Source: Candidatus Eiseniibacteriota bacterium (GTDB lineage Bacteria; Eisenbacteria; RBG-16-71-46; JABDJR01). From it: 64,000 nucleotides of DNA. A model generated the notes under the pieces. That model had not been told where the DNA came from, ran no database searches, and saw only the letters and a list, made by a program, of their open reading frames with translations. The position numbers and the translations under genes were made by a program. Shown here piece by piece: positions 56,592-64,000 of the stretch. The stretch spans positions 366,491 to 430,490 of the forward strand of contig CAWANH010000028.1 of the NCBI GenBank assembly GCA_963783375.1, given 5' to 3'. The first letter of the stretch is position 1. Every line of letters begins with the position of its first letter.

Positions 56592-57632
56592 TCAGGAAGG
56601 AACGGAGACCGTGGCCCCGCTCGGGGTCGCCGGCTGCCGGGCCGCCTTGAACCCCACCATCCGGCCGCTCTTGTCGTCGAAGAGACGCAGCCCCAGGGTG
56701 TGAAAGCTCGACCGGAAGGTGATGGTCGGCGCCTTCTGAAACTCGGGGTTCTCCCGATGGCAGGCCTCGAGCCGGTAGTTGGGAATCCGGGCGTTCAGAT
56801 GATGGATGTGGTGGAACCCGATGTTCCCGGAGAACCACTGCATGATCCGGGGGAGGTGGAAGTAGGAGCTTCCCTCCATGGCCGTCCGCGCGTAGTCCCA
56901 ATCGTCATGATGACGCCAGTAGACCCCGTCGAACTGGTGCTGGACGTAGAAGAGCCAGATCCCCGCGCTCCCGGACATCAGGAACACCGGCAGGTGCACG
57001 AGGACGTAGGCCTTCCATCCGATGGTGAGGCAGAGGGCGGTGACCGCGGCCGCGAGGGCCAGGTTCGTCCAGTGCACGCTCAGCTTCTCCCGCCGGCCGC
57101 CCTTGGGATGTGGAAAGCGGTTCACAATGACGAACATGAGGAACGGGCCTACGAAGAGCATGAAGAACGGGTTCCGGAAGAACCAGTAGGCCAGGCGGGT
57201 GAATCGTGGCGCCGCGCGGTACTCCTCCACGGTCATGGTCCAGACGTCGCCCACCCCCCTCCGGTCGAGATCGCCGGCGGTGGCGTGATGGATGGCGTGC
57301 TCGTGCCACCACTGATAGTTCGGGGTCAGGGTGAAGACCCCGGCGACGAACCCCATCAGATCGTTGACGCGGCGGGAAGGGAAGAACGATCCGTGGCCGC
57401 AATCATGGAAGATGATGAAGATGCGAACCAGGAAGCCGGCCGCGACCACCGCCAACCCGAGGGTCAGCCAGTAGGAGACCGAGAGGCTCTTCACCATCAG
57501 GATCCAGAGGGCGATATAGGGGATGAAGGAGTTCGCCACCTGCCAGAGGCTCCGGCGGAGATCGGGGCCCTGGTATCGGGCCATGGAGCGGGCGGACAGG
57601 TTCTCGGAGAGCGATGAGCTGGATGATTTCAA
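56592..57632 (-). CDS. Membrane fatty-acid desaturase (DesA / delta-12-type acyl-lipid desaturase family).
   Basis: Three histidine boxes HDCGH, HEHAIHH and HHIHH with intervening TM helices. 346 aa. Confidence 0.8.
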   Translation of the reverse strand: MKSSSSSLSENLSARSMARYQGPDLRRSLWQVANSFIPYIALWILMVKSLSVSYWLTLGLAVVAAGFLVRIFIIFHDCGHGSFFPSRRVNDLMGFVAGVFTLTPNYQWWHEHAIHHATAGDLDRRGVGDVWTMTVEEYRAAPRFTRLAYWFFRNPFFMLFVGPFLMFVIVNRFPHPKGGRREKLSVHWTNLALAAAVTALCLTIGWKAYVLVHLPVFLMSGSAGIWLFYVQHQFDGVYWRHHDDWDYARTAMEGSSYFHLPRIMQWFSGNIGFHHIHHLNARIPNYRLEACHRENPEFQKAPTITFRSSFHTLGLRLFDDKSGRMVGFKAARQPATPSGATVSVPS

Positions 57633-57815
57633 AATGTGCTGTTCTTTCAGGTGCCCAACCGGGGGGCAAGGTCGAGGCTTTGGTGCTCGCCCTTACACGG
57701 AGATACCCGGAACTCGCACCCGAAGTTCCCTTGGAACGACGGTCGAGACCCGCGGCGCCCGCAGAGGCGACGCAACCCCTCTTCCCGGGGCCCTCCTGAC
57801 ACCCTGGAACGGGAC

Positions 57816-57860
57816 TATAAAAAGAAAGGCCGGGGCCGGCGAAACCGCCGGGCCCCGGCC
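57816..57860 (-). terminator. Rho-independent terminator of the RRM-protein gene (minus strand): 14-bp GC stem (ggccggggccggcg / cgccgggccccggcc, one bulge), 3-nt loop, followed on the transcript by a U-rich tract (plus-strand tataaaaagaaa at 57816-57827).
   Basis: Direct reading, 70 bp downstream of the RRM gene stop. Confidence 0.55.
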
Positions 57861-57931
57861 CAAGGTTCCACCCAGATCCGCGCTCCGGTCAAACGCCAAT
57901 CAGGCGCGACCCGGCGCGGCTCGGGTTGGAT

Positions 57932-58219
57932 CTACCAGCGCGAGCGGCCACCGCCGCCGCCGCCACGGTTCGACTCGCGCGGACGAGCCTCGTTCACGGT
58001 CAGATTCCGACCGCCGAACTCCTTCTGGTCGAGCGCACTGACGGCCGCGTCGGCCCCTTCCGCAGCCATCTCCACGAAACCGAAACCGCGCGGGCGGCCG
58101 GTGTCGCGGTCGGTGATGAGATTCACCGACTCGACGGTGCCGTACTGAGAGAACAGGTCGCGGATGTCTTCCTCGGTCGCATTGAAAGGAAGGTTACCGA
58201 CGTAGAGCTTCTTGGACAT
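57932..58219 (-). CDS. Small glycine-rich RNA-binding protein with a single RRM domain.
   Basis: RNP-2 KLYVGNL and RNP-1 RGFGFVEM, C-terminal GGGGGGRSR tail. 95 aa. Confidence 0.85.
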   Translation of the reverse strand: MSKKLYVGNLPFNATEEDIRDLFSQYGTVESVNLITDRDTGRPRGFGFVEMAAEGADAAVSALDQKEFGGRNLTVNEARPRESNRGGGGGGRSRW

Positions 58220-58644
58220 TTTTCCTCACTTCGCCCGCTCGAATCCGGGCTCACTGACAGCGGCCCCCACGGGGACCTAGCTAGCGTAAGCGCTCACCGT
58301 GCACGAGGCATGGGTAACGCGCATGGACTTCAACCCAACGGGAACGAAGGGAATTCGGCGGAGACTCGGGAGGATCCGCGGAGACGATCCACGGTACTTC
58401 AGAGGAAACCAACCCAACTACCTCGGTCCACTCCACCCCACACTTCTCCACAAATTTACGGCCGAGAATTGGGAAACACAAGAAATTTCGTCCAGGATCC
58501 GGGATCGTGGGGGGATTCTTTCCCCCCTTGCCGGGCCGGACCGGCTCGGCGCCGGGGGTGCCTTGGAAAACTAACCTGCAACGTGCCAATAGCTTGAAGG
58601 CGCACCGGTGGACGGGAACCCCTGGGGGTGCCCGACATCCGGCC

Positions 58645-59076
58645 CTAGGGCGCGTCTTGCGCTTCGGGCTCCGCCGCCGGGGCCTCGAGCCCCAGGGTCT
58701 CCCGCACCCGGGCCAGGCGCTCCCGGGCGTCCCCGTCCCAGGAAGCGGGATCGGCCACCGGCGAAGGGAGGGTGGGGAGGCGCCCGGCGGGGCGGAAGCC
58801 TTCCAGCTCCAGGAGTGCCTTCACCCGGGTCTCGTTCCAGGTCCCGGTGCGGATCTCCAGGGTCCCGAAACGGTCCAGAAAGAGTTCCACCCCCTCGGTG
58901 GGCGAGAACACGGCCAGGTCCACCACCCCCCGGCCCCAGAGATCGCGGAGCTGGAGGAGCGCGCCCAGCACGCGGCCTCGGTCCAGCCCCTGGGCGGACC
59001 ACTCCCGGGAGGGACCGTGAACCTCGACCAGCACCACCCCGAAAACCCCGGTCAGGGCGCGCACCGTCTCCACCAT
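58645..59076 (-). CDS. Hypothetical protein (about 143 aa from the ATG at 59076; the start codon is uncertain).
   Basis: Coding-like C-terminal part of ORF 58645..61209 (MVETVRALTGVFGVVLVEVHGPSREW...). The upstream ~700 codons are antisense to the amylase gene and were rejected. No family recognised, no clear RBS. Confidence 0.3.
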   Translation of the reverse strand: MVETVRALTGVFGVVLVEVHGPSREWSAQGLDRGRVLGALLQLRDLWGRGVVDLAVFSPTEGVELFLDRFGTLEIRTGTWNETRVKALLELEGFRPAGRLPTLPSPVADPASWDGDARERLARVRETLGLEAPAAEPEAQDAP

Positions 59077-59303
59077 CACCTGAACCGCCCCGGGCTGATC
59101 CCCCCGGGCGGTGAAGTAGAGCACGCCGTCGGGAGCGGGGCGCACCGAGTAGGAGGGAAACTCGGGGCCCGGCCGCCGGCGCCGCCGGGGCCAGAGCCGC
59201 CGGGGCCAGCTGCGCCAGGCCCCCAGCCGCTTCCGGAGCCGGAGCCGGAGCCCGGGGCAGGGCTCGGGCCGGGGTTCCGGACCGGCGGGCGGACGAACCA
59301 GCC

Positions 59304-62300
59304 TCACCGAAGCACCACCCGGGCCGCGGCCACCGGCCGCTCGTCGACGACCAGGCGCAGGAAGTAGACCCCGCGGGCGATCCCCACCCCGCGAAGATCG
59401 ATGGAGACGGTGTCGGTTCCCGCCTCGAGCGGCCCGCTGAAGGGGACCGCGACTTCCCGCCCCTGGAGGTCGTACATCACGAGTCGCGCGGTTCCCCCGC
59501 GCTCCAGGTTCACCTCCACGCGACCGGCGCCGGTGAGCGGGTTGGGAAAGACCCGGAGCCGGACCGTCGGCGGGGGCGGCGTTCCTTCCGTTCCCACCTG
59601 GGTGTCGGAAGCGATGCGGATGATCCTCGCGGTGGCGTTTCCGCCGCTGGTGTCGGTGAAGGGCTCGCCGGAGCCGGTGTCCACCACGAAGAGCGCGCCG
59701 TCGGTCCCGATCGCCAGGCAGTCGCTGGAGAAGAGGTTCCCGAAGCCCGAGGCAAGCACGCTGATCGCCCCCTGGGGGGTCACCCGGAGCACCCGCTCCA
59801 GGGCGATGTCGGCCACCAGGAGATCTCCCCCGAAGCCCCCGCCGGTGTCCACCAGGAGCGCGGACGCTCCTCCGAGAAGGGCGGCATCCTGGACGAAGGG
59901 GCTCAGGGTTCCGGCGGCGTCCACGGTCAGGATGGCCCCCGGTCCGTCGATGCTCGACGCGTAGGCGGTGAGATCGGGGTCGGCGACCAGGAGCTTCTCG
60001 CCCCCACCGAAGAGCCCCCATCCCGGGGTCACCCCTTCGAACCCGTTCACCGGGGAGGCGAAGGGGACGAAGCCCGTCCCCGGCTCGTAGCGCTCCACCC
60101 GGTTCGAGGCGCTGGTGCCGAGATACGGGTACCCCCCGAAGACCCCGGGGGGAAGCGAGGCCAGCGCCCCGGTGTTGGTGCTGCTCGTCCCGGGGGCGAT
60201 CTGGCTCACCGCCCCGGCCGCGGTCACCCGGAGGAGTCCGTTCACGTCGGCCACCAGGAGATCGCCCCCCCACTGTCCGCCGTGGTCGAAGTCCAGCCCC
60301 TCGGGTTTCCCCAGCAGGGCATCGGTGGCGAGCGTCGTCACCCCGCCCACCGGGGTCACGCGAAGGATGCGGTGCCCGCCGGCGTCCCCCACGAAGAAGT
60401 CGCTCCCCCAGGCCCCGCCCTCGCCGAGGGCGATTCCCTCCGGGGTACCGAGGGCGCTCCCCGAGGCCAGAACCTCGGCATGATAGCCGGGGGCCACGGT
60501 GAGCCCGGGCGCTCCCCCCGCGATCACGAAGAACGTCTCGAAGGCGGCGGTGGGGTGGTCGCCGCCCGAAGCGGCGGTGGCGGACGGCGCCAGCCGCACG
60601 GTCAACCGGGTGCCGTCGGCGATGTCGGCGGAGGGGGTGAAGGTCACCGCGGAGTCCGCCTCCCAGGAGAAGCTCCCGGAGACCGGCGGGTCCAGGCCGA
60701 GCGCCGCCTCGACCGACGCGTGATCCATGCTCCGGTTGAAGCCCAGCCGGATGGGCGGGCGGGAGAGGCTCACGGTATCGCCGTGGGCGGGAGACTGGCT
60801 CCAGACCACCGGGGTCTCGGGCACGACCGCCGCGGACCGCACCAGAACCCGCGCCGAGCGGGCGGGCACGCTCACGTTCACCACCCCCGCCGCCTGCGCG
60901 TTCCGGCTGAAGGCCGGGTCGAGGAGATCGGCCAGCGCTTCCCCCGACGACCATCCGGTGGCCAGCGCCCCGCTCGACCGGACCGAGGTCTCGGTGTTGA
61001 TCACCACCACCACGTTCTCGCTCGCGCCGGACCGGCGGAAGGCGTAGATCCCGGGCGAGCCCTCGCTGGCCAGCTCGGTGAACCCCCCGGTCCGGAGCGC
61101 GTCGTAGTGGGCGCGGATGTCCAGCAACCGCCGGGTGGTGAGGTAGAGGGGGTGGGTCATGTTGAAGTTGTCGCCCACGCTGGGGCCGTAGTCCCACTCC
61201 CCGTCCCACATGTCCTCGCGGTCGTAGGGATCGCCCCCGCCGTCGAACCCCTGCTCCGTCCCCTGGTAGACGCAGGGCACCCCGCGGGTGAGGAGGAGGA
61301 AGTCCAGCGCGGTCCGGAGCTTCGACCAGTCCTGGCTCGCCACCCCCGCACTCAGGAACCGCGACACGTCGTGGTTGTCGAGGAAGCCCACCAGCCGGTC
61401 GCGGGCCGCCGGGTCGTAGTCCCCCAGGTTCGCGTAGCGGTTGGTGATCTCATCGGTCGGCCCCCCCTGCCCGAAGACGTACCTCATGGTGTAGTGCATC
61501 GGGAAATAGAGGACGGAGTTGAGGGCGAAAGCGCCTCCGGCCTCGGTGCCGGTGTAGGAGCCGCACTTGGCGTCGCTCCCGTCGAACACCTCGCCGTAGA
61601 AGAAGAAGTTGCTCTTGCCGAGGCTGTCGGCGTGGGCCCGGACCGCCGGGGTCCAGGTCTGCCAGAACGCCATGTCCACGTGCTTCACGGTGTCGATCCG
61701 GAACCCGTCGCAGTCGGTGACGTCGATCAGCCACCGGGTGGCGTTCACCAGGGCGTTTCGCACCGTGGGGTCCTCGGTCTTCAGGTCGTCGAGGCCGGCC
61801 AGCTCCCCCAGCACCTGGTCGGGATCCACGTAGTTCTGGATCTCCCCGTTGTTGTGGAACCAGGCCAGGTTGTTGAAGGGGGCGGCGGGGCGGGTCGAGC
61901 TTCGCCACTTGAGGACGTAGGGGCTCGGGTTGTCGTGGAAGGTCGGATACCCCGAGGTCGTCGAGTAGATCATGTTCCCCATGTGATTGGTCACGATGTC
62001 GATGATGAGATACATGCCGCGGGCGTGGAGGGCGTCGGCCAGGGCGCGGAGCTCGATCTGGGTCCCGAAGTGGGGGGCGATGGCCTCGAAGTCGCGGGCG
62101 GCGTAGCCGTGGTACTCCCCGTTGGCGTTCAGGACCACCGGGCTGATCCACACCGCCTTGAACCCCAGGGACTGGATGTAGTCGAGCTTCTGGAGGACCC
62201 CGGCGAAATCCCCGCCGTGGACGTTTCCCGGGCGCCAGGTGCCGGTGGTGGATCCGGGGTCGTAGCTCCCCTCGGCGTTGTTGTTGGAGGGATCCCCGTC

Positions 62301-62438
62301 CCAGAACCGGTCGGTGAAGATCTGGTAGATGGGGACGGCCCGCCAGTCGGCCGGCGACGGGGTGTACTGGGCCAGCGCGGGGCGGGCGACGCCGAGGGTC
62401 GCGGCCAGAAAGACGAGGGCGACGGTGCCGAGGCGCAT
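59304..62438 (-). CDS. Secreted multidomain GH13 alpha-amylase-family glycosidase (1044 aa): N-terminal catalytic domain, Ig-like linker, Gly-rich beta-propeller (NHL/SMP-30-like) repeats, and C-terminal T9SS type-A sorting domain.
   Basis: Signal peptide MRLGTVALVFLAATLGVARPALA. GH13 conserved regions DIVTNHMG (region I), GFRIDTVKHV (region II, catalytic Asp), FFYGEVF (region III Glu), FLDNHD (region IV). C-terminus RVFPNPLTGAGRVEVNLERGGTARLVMYDLQGREVA...GVYFLRLVVDERPVAAARVVLR. Confidence 0.75.
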   Translation of the reverse strand: MRLGTVALVFLAATLGVARPALAQYTPSPADWRAVPIYQIFTDRFWDGDPSNNNAEGSYDPGSTTGTWRPGNVHGGDFAGVLQKLDYIQSLGFKAVWISPVVLNANGEYHGYAARDFEAIAPHFGTQIELRALADALHARGMYLIIDIVTNHMGNMIYSTTSGYPTFHDNPSPYVLKWRSSTRPAAPFNNLAWFHNNGEIQNYVDPDQVLGELAGLDDLKTEDPTVRNALVNATRWLIDVTDCDGFRIDTVKHVDMAFWQTWTPAVRAHADSLGKSNFFFYGEVFDGSDAKCGSYTGTEAGGAFALNSVLYFPMHYTMRYVFGQGGPTDEITNRYANLGDYDPAARDRLVGFLDNHDVSRFLSAGVASQDWSKLRTALDFLLLTRGVPCVYQGTEQGFDGGGDPYDREDMWDGEWDYGPSVGDNFNMTHPLYLTTRRLLDIRAHYDALRTGGFTELASEGSPGIYAFRRSGASENVVVVINTETSVRSSGALATGWSSGEALADLLDPAFSRNAQAAGVVNVSVPARSARVLVRSAAVVPETPVVWSQSPAHGDTVSLSRPPIRLGFNRSMDHASVEAALGLDPPVSGSFSWEADSAVTFTPSADIADGTRLTVRLAPSATAASGGDHPTAAFETFFVIAGGAPGLTVAPGYHAEVLASGSALGTPEGIALGEGGAWGSDFFVGDAGGHRILRVTPVGGVTTLATDALLGKPEGLDFDHGGQWGGDLLVADVNGLLRVTAAGAVSQIAPGTSSTNTGALASLPPGVFGGYPYLGTSASNRVERYEPGTGFVPFASPVNGFEGVTPGWGLFGGGEKLLVADPDLTAYASSIDGPGAILTVDAAGTLSPFVQDAALLGGASALLVDTGGGFGGDLLVADIALERVLRVTPQGAISVLASGFGNLFSSDCLAIGTDGALFVVDTGSGEPFTDTSGGNATARIIRIASDTQVGTEGTPPPPTVRLRVFPNPLTGAGRVEVNLERGGTARLVMYDLQGREVAVPFSGPLEAGTDTVSIDLRGVGIARGVYFLRLVVDERPVAAARVVLR

Positions 62439-62571
62439 GGAGTCTCCGGGGTGAATTTGGGGGATTCCGGGGCCGGGGAAACCCTGATTCTACCACGACG
62501 CCGCAGGCTTGGACCGGTCCAACCGGGGTCGCCGGGAGCGGCATCTCGCCGGTCGAACACCGCGATTCCGG

Positions 62572-63531
62572 TCAGTTCCCGCCCGCGGGGGGATCCACCA
62601 GAACCTCGTCCATGATCCGGCCCTCCGCCGGAATCCGCCCCAGCCCCAGGATGTAAGCCACGGTGACCGCGACATCCTCCTGGCAGTGCGGCCGGTCGCT
62701 GACCGTCCCCGCCCGGATGTCCGGCCCGATGGCCACGAAGGGGAGAGCCCGGCACCCCGGGCAATCGTCCCCATGGTTCGAGAACCCGCCGTGGGCATCG
62801 TCGTGCCGGCCATGATCGGCGGTCACGAAGAGATCGGTGTCTCCGGCCAGGATCGAATCGGATTGAATCGCGATCCATAGCGCGCCGACCAGGGAATCCG
62901 CCCCGGCCAGGGCGCGGAGGTACCGGGCCCAATCTCCGGAGTGGCCGGCCATGTCCACCGACGCGAAGTTGATGCAGGTGAAGACCGGGCGGGGCGTCCG
63001 GGTGAGGGCGCGGATCGCCGCCGCGTAGGTGAGCGTGTCGGCGCGCAGCGTATCGTCCGAGGCCGCCTGGTAGGCCTCCCCGAACCCGGGATCGGTGCTG
63101 AAGCAGAGGCTTCGGAGCTTGTCCTTCCCCCCCACCATCCAGACCGCTCCGCCTTGTAGGCCACGGGCCTTCCGCAGCCGCTCGAAGAGGGTGGGGCGGG
63201 TCGGATGCTCGGAGCCGTTGTTGGCGATGGGTTGGGGGTCGCCGGTCAAAAGCGCGCCGTGGCCGCACATGGTTACGGTTCGATCGCAATTCCGGAACGC
63301 GGTGGCGCGGGCCCCCCGGGGGGCGAGCACCGTGGCCAGGACGCGGGCGTTCGGGGTCCCCGGCTCGTCCAGGAACTCGGTGTGGCGGGGGCCGTCGATC
63401 ACCACCAGGACCACGTGGCCCGCGGCGAGGCCTCGCTGGGGCGATCCGAAGAGCCCGAGCAGGAGAATCAGCGCGGCGAGCCGCGCGCGGCCCCGGCCCC
63501 CGCGGAACCAGGGAGGTTGAAATTGGGTCAT
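62572..63531 (-). CDS. Secreted alkaline-phosphatase-superfamily metalloenzyme (iPGM / phosphopentomutase / nucleotide-pyrophosphatase-like core).
   Basis: ATG 63531 preceded by GGAGGG. MTQFQPPWFRGGRGRARLAALILLLGLFGSPQRGLAAG (signal peptide). LVVIDGPRH (metal-binding Asp) and VTADHGRHDDAHGG (DHG motif). Confidence 0.55.
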   Translation of the reverse strand: MTQFQPPWFRGGRGRARLAALILLLGLFGSPQRGLAAGHVVLVVIDGPRHTEFLDEPGTPNARVLATVLAPRGARATAFRNCDRTVTMCGHGALLTGDPQPIANNGSEHPTRPTLFERLRKARGLQGGAVWMVGGKDKLRSLCFSTDPGFGEAYQAASDDTLRADTLTYAAAIRALTRTPRPVFTCINFASVDMAGHSGDWARYLRALAGADSLVGALWIAIQSDSILAGDTDLFVTADHGRHDDAHGGFSNHGDDCPGCRALPFVAIGPDIRAGTVSDRPHCQEDVAVTVAYILGLGRIPAEGRIMDEVLVDPPAGGN

Positions 63532-63747
63532 CCAGCCCTCCGACATTGCAAAAGCCGAAACTCAACCCTATAGTCGCCGGGATCACACGCCGATCCCAGG
63601 GTCGAGGACCCAGCCTGCGGGGGGGCAGGCGCGAAACGGGTCGGCGTCCCCTCCAAGAGCGACTTCAACATCCCAGACGGCCTCAACATACCCGGGCTCG
63701 AGCAGGAAAGCGAGAAGGTGGCGAGTACAACCCGCAGATCGACGTTC

Positions 63748-64000
63748 ATGACCCGAGGTGCAGGACGCTTCCGCATCTTCACGGGATTGTGCCTGGCCGC
63801 AGCCGCCTTCACCCTCCTGCTTCCGGTTCCCCTCCGCGCCGACTTCGCGGTCTTCCGCGCCCCCTCTCACATCTTGAGCCTCTTCGCGCTACCGGGAGAG
63901 ACGGTTCCCTTCGACCTGGCCACCTACGCGGGGGCCGCCCCCCAGCTCCTCCCCCGCTACCGGATCGAGGCTTCGCCAGGGATCCGCGTCGAGCTGGGGT
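63748..64000 (+). CDS. 5' end of a gene for a signal-peptide-bearing protein (partial; it runs off the window).
   Basis: ATG 63748: MTRGAGRFRIFTGLCLAAAAFTLLLPVPLRADFAVF... open to the end of the window. Not in the supplied ORF track because there is no stop codon. Confidence 0.3.
   Translation, partial: MTRGAGRFRIFTGLCLAAAAFTLLLPVPLRADFAVFRAPSHILSLFALPGETVPFDLATYAGAAPQLLPRYRIEASPGIRVELG

Noticed and set aside
60282-62615. 777-aa plus-strand ORF; also minus-strand ORFs 62129..63586 and 58645..61209 upstream part
   Set aside because: Antisense or alternative frame of the GH13 amylase gene and the alkaline-phosphatase-like gene; low-complexity translation.

Overview
This is a high-GC (roughly 68–70%) bacterial chromosomal segment with about 47 protein-coding genes on both strands. 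I could not find rRNA, tRNA, a CRISPR array, a transposase/integrase or prophage genes by eye. Three functional blocks stand out. First, a split anaerobic purine-catabolism / molybdenum-hydroxylase gene set resembling the E. coli ygeW–xdhD neighbourhood: XdhC, MocA, a DPD/YgfK-like Fe-S flavoprotein, carbamate kinase, a YgeW-like and a second carbamoyltransferase at 15.9–22.7 kb, and a three-subunit molybdenum hydroxylase, an XdhD-like fused enzyme and an SsnA-like amidohydrolase at 40.1–47.7 kb. Second, at least four secreted proteins carrying a T9SS type-A (Por_Secre_tail / FlgD-Ig-like) C-terminal sorting domain, including a GH13 alpha-amylase. Third, housekeeping genes (pyruvate kinase, PcnB-like nucleotidyltransferase, class I fumarase, RluA, fatty-acid desaturase, RRM protein). 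The findings I consider most worth a second look are: a thioredoxin-fold lipoprotein gene whose CxxC motif is interrupted by an in-frame TGA followed by a hairpin, a candidate selenoprotein (UGYC); a translationally coupled cluster of a PLP enzyme, a DUF1611 (DgcN-like) protein, a fused QueC-like PP-loop ATPase + creatininase-family enzyme, and an enolase-superfamily epimerase; a 1.4-kb intergenic array of higher-order tandem repeats carrying perfect palindromes; and a pair of translationally coupled fold-type-II PLP enzymes followed by a thioesterase. Several genes show single-nucleotide frame breaks, often at G/C homopolymers, which I read as assembly indels rather than pseudogenes. All family assignments come from reading the translated ORFs and recognising motifs; no database search was possible.
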